The translations under genes were made by a program, and so were the position numbers. This document shows positions 49,105-60,865 of a stretch of DNA of 64,000 nucleotides, one piece after another. Source of the DNA: Mobula hypostoma. Its lineage: Eukaryota. A model generated the notes under the pieces. The model saw only the letters and a list, made by a program, of their open reading frames with translations, did no database searches and was not told where the DNA came from. The stretch covers positions 62,932,001 through 62,996,000 of the forward strand of contig NC_086097.1 in NCBI RefSeq assembly GCF_963921235.1, in the 5' to 3' direction. Numbering within the stretch: the stretch's first letter is position 1; the number at the start of each line of letters is the position of its first letter.

Positions 49105-50530
49105 ACTTACTCTTTGGAGAGAAGGAGGATGAGAGGAGACATGATAGAGGTATACAAGATATTAAGAGGAATAGATAGAGTGGATAGCCAGTGCTTCTTC
49201 CCCAGGGCATCACTGCTCATTACAAGAGGACATGGCTTTAAGGTAAGGGGTGGGAAGTTCAAGGGGGATATTAGAGGAAGGTTTTTTACTCAGAGAGTGG
49301 TTGGTGAATGGAATACACTGCTTGAGTCAGTGGTGGAGGCAGATACACTAGTGAAATTTAAGAGACTGCTAGACAGGCAATGACTAGTGGGGTACCCGCA
49401 AGGCTCAGTGCTGGGACCCCAGTTGTTTACAACATATATTAATAACTTAGACGAGGGAATTAAATGCAGCATCTCCAAGTTTGCAGATGACACGAAGCTG
49501 GGCGGCAGTGTTAGCTGTGAGGAGGATGCTAAGAGGATGCAGGGTGACTTGGATAGGTTAGGTGAGTGGGCAAATTCATGGCAGATGCAACTTAATGTGG
49601 ATAAATGTGAGGTTATCCACTTTGGTGGCAAAAACAGCAAAACAGATTATTATCTGAATGGATAATATTATCCAATTAGGAAAAGGGGAGGTGCAACGAG
49701 ACCTGGGTGTCATTGTACACCAGTCATTGAAAGTGGGCATGCAGGTACAGCAGGCGGTGAAAAAGGCGAATGGTATGCTGACACTTATAGCAAGAGGATT
49801 CGAGTACAGGAGCAGGGAGGTACTACTGCAGTTGTACAAGGCCTTGGTGAGACCACACCTGGAGTATTGTGTGCAGTTCTGGTCCCCTAATCTGAGGAAA
49901 AACATTCTTGCCATAGAGGGAGTACAAAGAAGGTTCACCAGATTGATTCCTGGGATGGCAGGACTTTCATATGATGAAAGATTGGATCGACTAGGCTTAT
50001 ACTCTCTGGAATTTAGAAGATTGAGAGGGGATCTTATTGAAATGTATACAATTCTAAAGGGATTGGACAGGCTAGATGTAGGAAGATTGTTCCCGATGTT
50101 GGGGAAGTCCAGAACGAGGGGTCACAGTTTGAGGATAAAGGTGAAGCCTTTTAGGACCGAGATGAGGAAAAATTTCTTCACACAGGGAGTGGTGAATCTG
50201 TGGAATTCTCTGCCACAGGAAACAGTTGAGGCCAGTTCATTGGCTATATTTAAGAGGGAGTTAGATATGGCCCTTGTGGCTAAAGGGATCAGGGGGGATG
50301 GAGAGAAGGCAGGTACAGGGTTCTGAGTTGGATGATCAGCCATGATCATACTGAATGGCGGTGCAGGCTCAAAGGGCCGAATGGCCTACTCCTGCACCTG
50401 TTTTCTATGTTTCTATGAATATGGAGGAATTTAAGGTGGGGGGTTATATTGGAGGTAGGGTTTAAGGGTCAGCACAACATTGTGGGCCGAAGAGTCTGTA
50501 CTGAGCTGTACTATTCTATGTTCTGTGTTC
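49105..50530 (+). mobile_element. CR1 3' fragment (second subfamily) split by a younger CR1
   Basis: ERRRMRGDMIEVYKIL...FKRLLDR stops at 49378 and resumes at about 50419 (ATATGGAGGAA...TATTCTATGTTCTGTGTTCT). Confidence 0.85.
49379..50418 (+). mobile_element. Young CR1 LINE, 5'-truncated, nested insertion
   Basis: PQGSVLGPQLF...KFADDTK...KAGTGF and TTTCTATG tail. Nearly identical to the reverse complement of 46103-47140. Confidence 0.95.
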
Positions 50531-52869
50531 TAACTGCTGGAAAACCAATGGACCCCAGCGACTCTGCAATACACCCAAACTTAGTCAGCTGTCAAGTTTG
50601 TGAAAAAAGTGATATTTCTGAATGTCTGAGACATTGAGGAACATTCAAAATCACTGCAAAACCAAATAAATTGTATTTTAAAGTTATTAAGAAAATTTTA
50701 AATATTAAAAGTTTTAAAAAACTTATGAACATACCATTAAACTCAGTTAACCTAAAATGTTAGTTATTGACATTCTGATATAGTTTAACAGTGTGATTTA
50801 AATGCAATTAATGTGTAATTAATCTTCTTAATCATGCAATTAACAGCAATTAATTTTTAACTATGCAAAACCTCCAATTAATATCATGCATTTTTACTTG
50901 CCTAGAAAGGTTTGCTTCATAGGAGTCTGGTTATTAGGTTAAGATGATCTAACCAATAAAATAAAGTCAGCAGGGAATTAATATTGTTCAAGATTATTTA
51001 TGGCAGTCTCTTTAGCTTTATTCTGTAAGAGAAGAAAAGCCATCATAGAAAAGAAGGTGACATAAAAGCATAGCACAGAAATTCCATAAAAATTGGTGAA
51101 ATTCATCAAGGGGATTAAACCTGATAGTACACAAAAGCAGGTGTGATGATAGCAAGTGAATCAGCCACACTAATTCAACACAATACAAGCTACACGTCTG
51201 TAGCAGTGTCACTACAAACAGTACAGCTTAGTCAAGTTTACACAGCAACTGTTAATGACATAGAAGAGGATAATAGATTATGCTAAGCTATATAATGTGC
51301 CAAAACAAAGTGGAAACATTAAAAGATGGAAGCAAGAAAGACTGAGGCTTCCATCAAGTTATCCACAGATGTACCCTAACCTACAAAGCAGGCAATTGGA
51401 ACAAGGAATGAAGGGCAACAGAGGCAGTGGCTCCCTGGAGGGTAAAGTTGCACGCAACATGCACAGAACCATGATGAAAACTCCAACAATTGGAAAAGAG
51501 CCGGTACGAGTACGTAGGAGAACATGGTGCATCGGGGCCCCACAGCAGTAGACTTGTGTTCAATACCAGCCGTGGCATTAGGACAACAATCTTATCCACT
51601 GCTTGAGAAGAACAATGATGCAGCAGTTTATTAGACCTGCTGAGACTCCATCTTGGGGAGCACCAGAGGCTCAACTCACCAGTTTACCCTCTGAGATTGT
51701 CCTAAGGCTATTGCCTTTTTCCTCCACAAAGCACTATGACATTCCATCAATCCCCAGCATGGCAATTTATGCGACTATCTGAAAGTAGAGAGCGGGCAGC
51801 ACCATGAGGGTTCACATACAGTCATGAATTCTTGCATGCAGTACAACGTGATTTCACTTACAAATCTGGACTGCAACATGTTCTTGTGCTGGCTGTTATT
51901 GTTGATCTAAGGCATAGAAAAGAACAGTCAAGACAATGATATAGGAGGTTAACAATTGCGAGGTGGTCGTTGAATGGGAAATCACGACTGAGGCTACTGT
52001 AATTGCATTTGAATTAGATCTTCACATTAAACTGTCCATTTGCAACCTCTTCTTCATCACACCACCTGCAAACATAAGCCGGTAACTAACATGGAATTTG
52101 TTGATCGCCCTCTAAAAACAGTGTTTGTGGAGTAGGATTAGCTGTTTAACATAGTAATCAGTCACATGATTTTTAGGAAAAGTATTAGCTAGTGTTCAGC
52201 TCCAAAATAGCACGTCTAGGGTGAAAGTCAGTCATGATCTGCCTGATCAGTGTACTTCTGTCAGATGTTAATCTTCTACACAACAGCTCCTTCATCAATA
52301 TTGCTTCAGATGCTGACCACTTGAAAAGATTGCCCATGATTCATGAGCACTGTTTTTGAATGTTCATAGGGATCATTGCATCCAAATCTCTGATGCCACC
52401 AAACTCAAATTTGTCTCCTGTGGGCAAAATAGTATTAGCAATTCAGAAAGCAGATCACTAGCTCCTTGTGCCTTTTTTGCTTTTTTTTTGCCGGAAGCTC
52501 CTATTGGATCCAAGAGTTTAAGAATGTTGATGTAATCAGTAGAACACCAATTAAACCTGACATCAGTTAATGTCAGATTCAGCATGGGAACAGATACCAT
52601 CTTATTAGATAAGTCCAATGTATGGAAGTTCTGTGGGGATTTGAAAATTGCATGTGACATTATGCAAGTTTTAGTGTGATAGAGATTCGACATGGAATGA
52701 TTAAGTAGTTTATCACTAATTAAATCATTTTTCACATCCATTTTTTAAAAAGTGGGAATAATGTGTTCACTTCCATCAAGGTGAAACCAGAGGGCTTCAG
52801 ATGAGGTATCCATTTTAAAACTTGGACAGTTTTCCTCGACATTAGATTCAAAACTGATTGGTGTGTATC

Positions 52870-54725
52870 AAGGCTTGACTTCGCGAATGAAGATTTAGGA
52901 AGGGGGCTGCCCATGTCTTCTGCAGTCTCGCTGGTGGCTGACAAGGCCAGTATGGGACAGTGTGGCCCAGCCACAGCAGCTGCAAGGGAAATTCTGTTCT
53001 GGGTTTGGTGCTGCTGTGTCACGGTTCTTCCTCCTTCTCCTTTTGTCCTCAATGCCAGCCCTGCATGTGTTCTCGAAGGAGGAGACAGACTGGTGAATGG
53101 TGTGTCGCCAGGGTTCGCGATCAGAGGCTAGATTAGACCGCTGGCGATGGTCAATGTGACAGGCACCAAGGGATTTCTTCAGAGTCCTTGTACCTCTTCT
53201 TCGGTGCTCCTCTGTCACGGTGGCCAGTGGAGAGTTCGCCATACAGCACAATCTTGGGCAGGCGATGATCCTCCATGCTGGAGACGTGTCCTGCCCAGCG
53301 CAGCTGCGTCTTCAACAGCATGGCCTCGATACTGGTGACCTCCGCCTGTTCAAGGACTTCGATGTTGGTGATGAAGTCACTCCAGTGGATGTTGAGGATG
53401 GTGCGGAGGCAGTGCTGGTGGAAACGCTCAAGGAGTCGCAGGTGGTGACGGTAGGTGACCCACAACTCAGAGCCATACAGGAGGGTGGTCAGTACAACGG
53501 CTCTGTACACACTGAACTTTGTGCCTTTCTTCAGATGCTTGTTGTTCCAGACTCTTTTGTACAGCTTGCTGAATGCGCTGTTTGCCTTTGCCAGTCTGTT
53601 GTCAATCTCTTTGTCGACCTTGGCATCTGACGAGATCGTGCGTCCGAGGTAGCTGAACAGTTGGACTGTCTTTAGCTCTACCTCACCAATGGTGATGCGG
53701 GGAGGGTGGTAATCTTCCTGAGGTGCGGGCTGATGGGGAACTTCTTTCTTCTTCAATCTGACTTCCAGTCTGAAGAGCTCGGCAGCCTCCGCGAAGCAGG
53801 ATGTTATACACTGCAGGGCTGTCTCTGTGTGGGCAACAAGGGCTGTCTCTGTGTGGACTGGGGGGCATCCCAGTCATTCCATGATTTGCCACAGACCTTC
53901 CCCACTCACAGTGTCAAATGCTTTGGTAAGGTTGACAAATGTCATGTACAATCCCTTGTTCTGTTCCCTACATTTCTCTTGGAGCTGCTTGAGAACAAAT
54001 ACCATGTTGGTGGTGCTCCTGTTGGTTCTGAAGCCACACTGTCTCTCTGGGAGGTGTTCTTCTGCAATGACGGGCACCAATCTGTTCAGGAGTACTCTTG
54101 CGAGGATTTTTCCTGTGATGGAGAGAAGAGTTATCCCCCGGTAGTTGGAGCAGTCGGACTTTTCTCCCTTGTTCTTATACAGGGTGATGATGACTGCCTC
54201 ACGGAAGTCCTGTGGTAGTTTACCTTGTCCCCAGCAGCAGACAAAGAACTCGTGGAGTCTGGTGTGTAACGTTGGGCCCCATGCTTCCAAATCTCAGGTG
54301 GGATTCCATGAACTCCCGCTGCCTTGCCATTTTTCAGCTGCTCTATGGCCTTGACTGTCTCTTCTAGGGTTGGAATCTTGTCCAGTTCTGTTTTCTCTGG
54401 CTGTTGTGGGATGCGATGAACTGCTGAGTCTTGGACCATGCGGTTGGCACTGAAGAGAGTCTGGAAATGTTCCGACCACCGGTTCAGGATGGATGCCTTG
54501 TCTGTGAAGAGCGCCTGACCGTCTGCACTGTGCAAGGGACTCTGGACCTGCTGCGAAGGGCCGTACACCGCTCTCAGGGCTTCATAAAACCCTAAATCAC
54601 CGGTGTCTGCGCAAAGCTGAGTTCTCTTTGCGAGGTTGGTCCACCACACGTTCTGAATCTCTCGAAACTTGTGCTGGAGGTTGCTGCATACAAGGTGGAA
54701 GGCTGCTTTCTTATCAGGACAAGAC
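52870..54725 (-). mobile_element. RTE-clade LINE (AviRTE/BovB-related), 5'-truncated, RT core deleted
   Basis: KAAGVHGIPPEIWK, DCSNYRGITLLSITGKILAR, QLQEKCREQ, FVNLTKAFDTV, FSYLGRTIS, LLYGSELW, QLRWAGHV, RLPKIVLYGEL, C-terminal C2H2-like FPCSCCG..LSHTGLVSH. 3' end AATCTTCATTCGCGAAGTCAAGCC. Confidence 0.92.
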
Positions 54726-55469
54726 GAGACGAGAAAAGTGTGTATAAAAAATAGCCAACTATCTCAACTCATTCTCCTACTCACTAAAATTATATTCGCA
54801 ATTAGCCAACCTATAGTGGATTTGATTTTCAAGGTTTGTGAAATGCAGTTCCAGTATGAGTGGCATTGGCTGTTTTAAGTCACACCTACACCATTTATGA
54901 CTTTTATATTTGACAATACTGGTGTCAATATGACATTGATGTAAACAATACAAACTCCCTTAAGTTAAATGTGATGAGCATATATCACAGCTGGTGAAAA
55001 TCTGCAATTTTGACATCATTAACATCACAATCTGCGTTTACAAAATAAATGTAGCATAATTGATGTCTTCTCTGAGATAAATGGCACCTGTTTGTTTTGC
55101 AAAATATCGAGTATGGAGGCTGAAGCGACTGAACTAATAAGAGTTGTGTGAAAGGGGACTGTTTTTCTTTATGGTGGGGATAAAAACTGGAAGTAGCATT
55201 TTATGTGCGGTGTCGATTTCTCTCTCATGTCCGAATCAGAATCAGGTTCATTATCACTTGTCCGTTATTTTGGTCTAAAATGAAGCACTTTGCTTTCATT
55301 TGATATGTCATTTTCAAGCTTAATGCTGAACACTTGCTGAAAACCTGCGGACACCATATTTCTGATTCTCAGACCATGCTGACGACTAACCAACAGTACA
55401 TAATTACGAGGAAACTTTTAAAATACTTCAAGAGGACTAAGGTAGGTTAGATACCTGCTGTACTCCTAT

Positions 55470-57130
55470 ACACAAGAAAGTTTGCAGATGCTGGAAATCT
55501 AAAGCAACGCACACAAAATGCTGGAGGAACTCAGCTGGCCAGGCAGCGTCTATGGAAATAAATAAACAGTCAACATAGTGGGACAAGACCCTTCTTCAGG
55601 ACTGGAAAGGAAGGGGGAAGATGCTAGAATAAAAAGATGGGGGCTGGGGAAGAAGGATAGCTAGAAAGTGATAGGTGAAGTCAGGTGGGTGGGAAAGGTA
55701 AAGGTCTGGAGATGAGGGAATCTGACAGGAGAGGAGAGTGGACCACAGGAGAAAGGGAAGGAGGAGGGGCACCAGGGGGTGGTGATAAGTGGGTGAGAAG
55801 AGGTAATAGGCCAGAAAGGGGAATAGAAGAAGAGGGGAGGGAGAAGGATTTTTTTACGGGAAGGAGAAATCAATATTCATGCCAACAGGTTGGAGGCTAC
55901 CCAAATGGAATATAGGGTGTTGCTCCTCCACCTTGACAGTGGCCTTATCATGGCACATGAGGAGGCGATGCACCAACTTGTTGGAACAGGAATGGGAATC
56001 AGAGTTAAAACATTGAGCCACTGGTAAGTTCCACTTTTGGCGGATGGAGCGAGGAAATTTATGAAGCAGCACCCCCCCCCCCACCGTTTACGATGGGTCT
56101 TACCAATGTAGAAGAGGCACATCAAGAGCACAAGGTACAATTGATGACCTCAATAGATTCACAGGTGACGCGTTGCCTCACTTGGAAGGATTGTTTGGGG
56201 CCCTGAATGGAGGTGAGGGAGGAGGTGAATGGACAGCTGTAGCAGTTTGGCTACTTTCAGGGATAAGTACTGGAAGGGAGATTAGTGGGAATGGACAAAT
56301 GGACAAATGGACAAGGGACTCACAGAGGCTGTGGAAAGCAGACAGTGTGTGGGGGAGGTAAGACATGCTTGGTAGTAGGATCTCTTTGAAGATAGAGGAA
56401 GTTGTAGAGAATGATGTGTTGGATGCAAAGGCTCATGGCGTGGTAGGTAAGGACGAAAGAAACTCTATCATTGTTACGTTGGTGGGAAATTGCGGTGAAC
56501 GTGGATGTCTGGGAAGAGGAGGAGATGCGGGTGAGGGCAGCATTAATGGTGGAGGAAGGGAACCCCCATTCTTTGAAGATGAAGAATATCTCTGATGTCC
56601 TGGAGAGGAAAGCCACATCCTGGGAACAGATGCAATGGAGCCAAAGGAACTAATGGAAGGGAATAGCATTCTTACAGGAGAAAGGGTGGGAAGAGGTATA
56701 GTCAGAAAACCATGGAATTGGGAGGTTAGTAAAAGATGTTGTTTGACAGTTTGTCTCCAGAGATGGAGACACAGAGATTGAGAAAGGGGAGGGAGGTGTC
56801 AGAAATGGACCAAGTAAATTTAACGTCAGGGTGGAAGTTGGAGGCAAGTTACTGAAAGTGCTGAGCTCAGCATGCGTGCATGAATCAGCACCAGTGCAGT
56901 TGTCGGTGTAGTGAAGGAAGAGCTGGGGAGCATTACCAGGCTTGGAATATGGACTGTTCCACGTAGCTAATAAAAAGGTTGGCATAACTACCCTCAAGTC
57001 TGGAGAAAGTGGGAGGGGACAAAGGAGAAAATGTTGAGGTTGTGGACCAGTTCTGCCAGATAGATGCAGGTGCAGGTGGAGGGGAACTGGTTGGGTCTCT
57101 TGTTGAGAAAGAAGTGGAGAGCTTTTATAG
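55470..57130 (-). mobile_element. Older decayed Penelope-like element (RT C-half, GIY-YIG, pLTR)
   Basis: LFLHYTDNCTGADSCTHAEL, SSHPFSCKNAIPF, FKEWGFPSSTINAAL, EEQHPIFHLGSLQPVGMNIDFS; conserved terminus at 55480-55605. Confidence 0.9.
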
Positions 57131-58484
57131 ATGTAACTCTCTCACCATGGCTTGTAACAAATTAGGCTCATTGGCTTTCCCTGTCTAACAGCCACGTGAC
57201 TCAGTGATGCATGGGTACGGTGAGACAGCCATCTCCAATAAGCAATACATGTCTAAGGTCAGTATGATTCAGCCTCAACCAAACAGGAAAGTTGGAATGG
57301 TGACTGCTGTATAAATACTGCCCCCTGCAAAAGTTATCATTTGCCAGGAAATAACGTAACTTACACCAGCATAAATTTAAAGTGGGAATATATTTACAAA
57401 TACTCAATCTTTAACAAACTTAACAGAAAAAGGGCCCATTACAGTTAAACCAGTTTATAATGTGCACATAAACGTTGGAGCTCATTTCTGGGTAATCAGC
57501 TGCTTCAGTTTGATCACTCACAGTGCTGAGCCCATGTTCTCCATGAAAGGCACCAGGCACGATTCAAACTTCCCCCAAGCTCCATTATGAACGAACTGGC
57601 TAACTCAGAAGTATTGACACTTCCTCCTTGAAAACATTTGTCTGCACAAAGCACTTCTTACTACAGTGTCTCTCCTTCGGGCAAGGTTCCACGAGCGTCT
57701 CCCTTTGTGCTTTTCCCCACATCTCTTCATTCTTCAAACACCTGCCAAAAAGCCTTCTCCCATGAACCATGTTCTCCAAGAAATTGGATGCCACCAGTCT
57801 CTCTTGAAAGTTCCATGGCATCCCATTTGACAGGATGTTATCAAGTCAAACCCAGTTGGCTGACATGACATTCCTAAGTTGATCCTTTCTTAGCAGAAAC
57901 CAAAATACTGGACTGCAAAGCTTTATTAACAAAACACATTGTGTTTTACAGAAAAGCTGCAGAAAGTAAATTACTGAACAGCATAACAGCAGTAATACAA
58001 TAAAACATGTTTTTAACCAGGGCATTGCATAGAGAAAGAAGCAGAGTATTCCTATTCTCAGTTAGAATTTTGTGAACCTCTTATTTAGTTTCCAAATGGA
58101 ATTTTCCTTTCTCAAAATATGTGATGGCTTTTCTTAAATATCCAATGCATTTTTGAGTATTGACTCTGCATATGAAAAATGGATTTCCAGCAATGCCACT
58201 CTTAATAATGAACTTGGAACTTAGTGTGGGGTTCAACGCCAGAGACTTCTGTTCTAAATGCAAGGATACGTGCCATTGGGACAAGGTGACCTCATCACTT
58301 GACAGTTCAATAAACTGCAGAAAATACAAAGCCACAGGAAGCAACTTCATTATTAAATGAGAGAGCAGCCAAAAAACATGCAAATGTAGAAAGAAGCTGG
58401 TAAGTAGAGCTAAGTCAGTCTAGCAACATTCTCACAACTGGATTACACGCAACCCATTCTAATGATCCTGTGAAGGAACAGTTC

Positions 58485-59945
58485 AAAGTTCAGAGTAAAT
58501 TTATTATTAAATAGATATATGTCACCATATACAACCCTGAGGTGCATTTTCTTGCGTGTATAATCAGAATCAGGTTTATTATCACCAGCATGTGACGTGA
58601 AATTTGTTAACTTAGCAGCAGCAGTTCAATAAATACATAATCTAGCAGAGAGAGAGATAAAAAATAATAAATAAAATAAAATAATAATAAATGAACAAGT
58701 AAATCAATTACGTATATTGAATAGATATTTTAAAATGTGCAAAAACAGAAATACAGTATATCAAAAAAAGTGAGGTAGTGTCCAAAGCTTCAATGTCCAT
58801 TTAGGAATCGGATGGCAGAGGGGAAGAAGCTGTTCCTGAATTGCTGAGTGTGTGCCTTCAGGCTTCTGTATCTCCTATCTGATGGCAATAGTGAGAAAAA
58901 GGCATGCCCTGGGCCATGGAGGTTCTTAATAATAGACGCTGCCTTTCTGAGACACCGCTCCCTAAAGATGTCCTGGGTACTTCATAGGCTAGTGCCCAAA
59001 ATGGAGCCGACTAAATTTACAACCTTCTGCAGTTTCCTTCGGTCCTGTGCAGTAGCCCCTCCATATCAGACAGTAATATATCCATTAAAGAATAATAATA
59101 ACCATAACAGAATCAATGAAAGACTGCACCAACATGTTCAACCAGTGTGCAAAAGACAACAAACTGTAAAAATATAGAAACAAAGAAATTATAATTATAA
59201 ATAAACAAACAACAAATCTTGAGAACATGAGATAAAGAGTCCATGAAAGTGAGACCATAAGCTGGGGAACATTTCAGTGATGGGGCTAGTGAAGCTAAGT
59301 GGTTATCCCCTTTGCTTCAAAAACCTGATGGCTGAGGGGTAATCACTGTTTCTGAACTTGATGGTGTGAGTCATGAGGCTCCTGTACCTTCTTCCTGATG
59401 GCAGCAGTGAGAAAAGAGCATGACCAGGGTGGTGGGAGTTCCTGATGATGGATGCTACATGTAGATGGCATGGAGAGCTTCTCCCATGATGAAGGGGCCG
59501 TATCCACTACTTTCTGTATGATTTTATGTTTCAGGGCATTGGTGTTTCTATACCAGGCTGTGATACAGCCAGTCAATATACTCTCCACTAGGCATCTGTA
59601 GAAGTATGTTGAAGCTTTAGATATCATGACGAATCTTCGCAAACTCCTCAGGAAGTAGAGGTGCTACCTAGCTTTCTTCACAATTGCACTTACAGGCTGT
59701 GCCCAAGACAGGTCCTCTGAAATGATAAAACTGAGGAACTTGAAGCTGATGACCCAGTCCACCTCTGATTCTCCGACAAAGACTGTCTCATGGACCTTTG
59801 GTTTCCTTCTCCTGAAGTCAATAATCAGCTCCTTGGTCTCACTGACACTGAGTGAGAGGTAGTTGTTGTGGCACCACTCAGTCAGATTTTTAATTTCCCT
59901 CCCACCTTTGATTCAGCCTAAGACAATGGTGTCATCAACAAATTT
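58485..59945 (-). mobile_element. Rex1/Babar-type LINE with a second Rex-type 3' fragment nested at about 58562-59075
   Basis: RRFVMISKASTYFYRCLVESILTGCITAWYRN. Two separate 3' tails: (TTTGAAC)n at about 58485 and AATAAACCTGATTCTGATT at about 58562-58580. Confidence 0.8.
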
Positions 59946-60255
59946 GAAAAAAACAACTATGCTACTGTTGGGGCCATAGGATGAATGTTGTTTTCAGGTA
60001 TGCAGCAGAAAATAACCACTCAGTCAATGTAAATTGTTATTCCTATTGCAGAAGAAACAAAAGGGATCTTGTCTAAATGGATAGTTGAATGCAGCAAGTC
60101 TTAGTCTTTACGTCTTCAGAGAAGATATAGCAAGGAAGTCAAGGGATGGATTTTTGTTGCTGAACATAACATGAAATACATTAAAATTGAACTACATTAT
60201 AGGTTTTTACTTTTACAATACATAAAATGTTAAAGAGATACTACTATACATAAGT

Positions 60256-60544
60256 GTGTGGTGCGTGGCCAAGTGGCTAGGGCGTTAGGCTCACGAGCTG
60301 AAGGTCGTGGGTTCGAGTCTCGGCCAAGGCAGCGTGTTTTGTCTTTGAGGAAGGCACTTAACCACACACTGCTCCAGTCCACCCAGCTGAAAATGGGTAC
60401 CGGCAAATGCTGGGGGTTAACCTCGCGATAGACTGACATCCTATCCGGGGGGAGTCTTGTACTCTCAGTCGCTTCACGCCACAGAAACTGGCATAAGCAC
60501 TGGTCTGATGGGCCACAAGGCTCGGGACAGACTTTAACTTTAAA
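60256..60544 (+). mobile_element. tRNA-derived SINE with a conserved central (Meta/CORE-like) domain
   Basis: A box TGGCCAAGTGG, B box GGTTCGAGTC, central GTCCACCCAGCTGAAAATGGGTACC, (ACTTTA)2 tail. Imperfect 13-bp TSD ACTATACATAAGT / ACTATGCATTAGT. Confidence 0.85.
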
Positions 60545-60749
60545 ACTATGCATTAGTCAATGAGTAATGTATTCTTTGATAACAGATTTCTACACAAATG
60601 GGGTTTTCTGGCTTACAATAGGGAATATTTTCTCAAATACCCTTAGAACGTTATCATTGTTGTATGGTGGAATGGGTTGAGAATGGGAATCCTGTTAAGT
60701 TGGTGACCTCTTTTGTCAATAAGTGTCTTTAGCTACAGACTAGACACAG

Positions 60750-60865
60750 GAGCTGCTGGAAATCTTAAGCAACACAAAATGCTGGAGGAACTCTGCAGTT
60801 CAAGCAGTGTCTGTAGAGGGATATAAACTGTTAATGCTTTGGGATGTGACCTGCATCAGGACTCT
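60750..60865 (-). mobile_element. Penelope-like pLTR relic
   Basis: GCTGCTGGAAATC..AAGCAACACAAAATGCTGGAGGAACTC...CATCAGGACT. Confidence 0.7.

Noticed and set aside
52373..52741. 122-aa ORF as a host exon
   Set aside because: No recognisable domain or clear splice context. Short host exons elsewhere cannot be excluded without alignment or RNA data.
58150..58290. Possible Deu-type SINE head on the minus strand, and a V-SINE-like trace at about 62930-63005
   Set aside because: Too degenerate to assign without a profile search.
60256..60330. Functional tRNA gene
   Set aside because: A and B boxes are present, but the acceptor stem is not convincing and the sequence runs on into a SINE body, tail and TSD.
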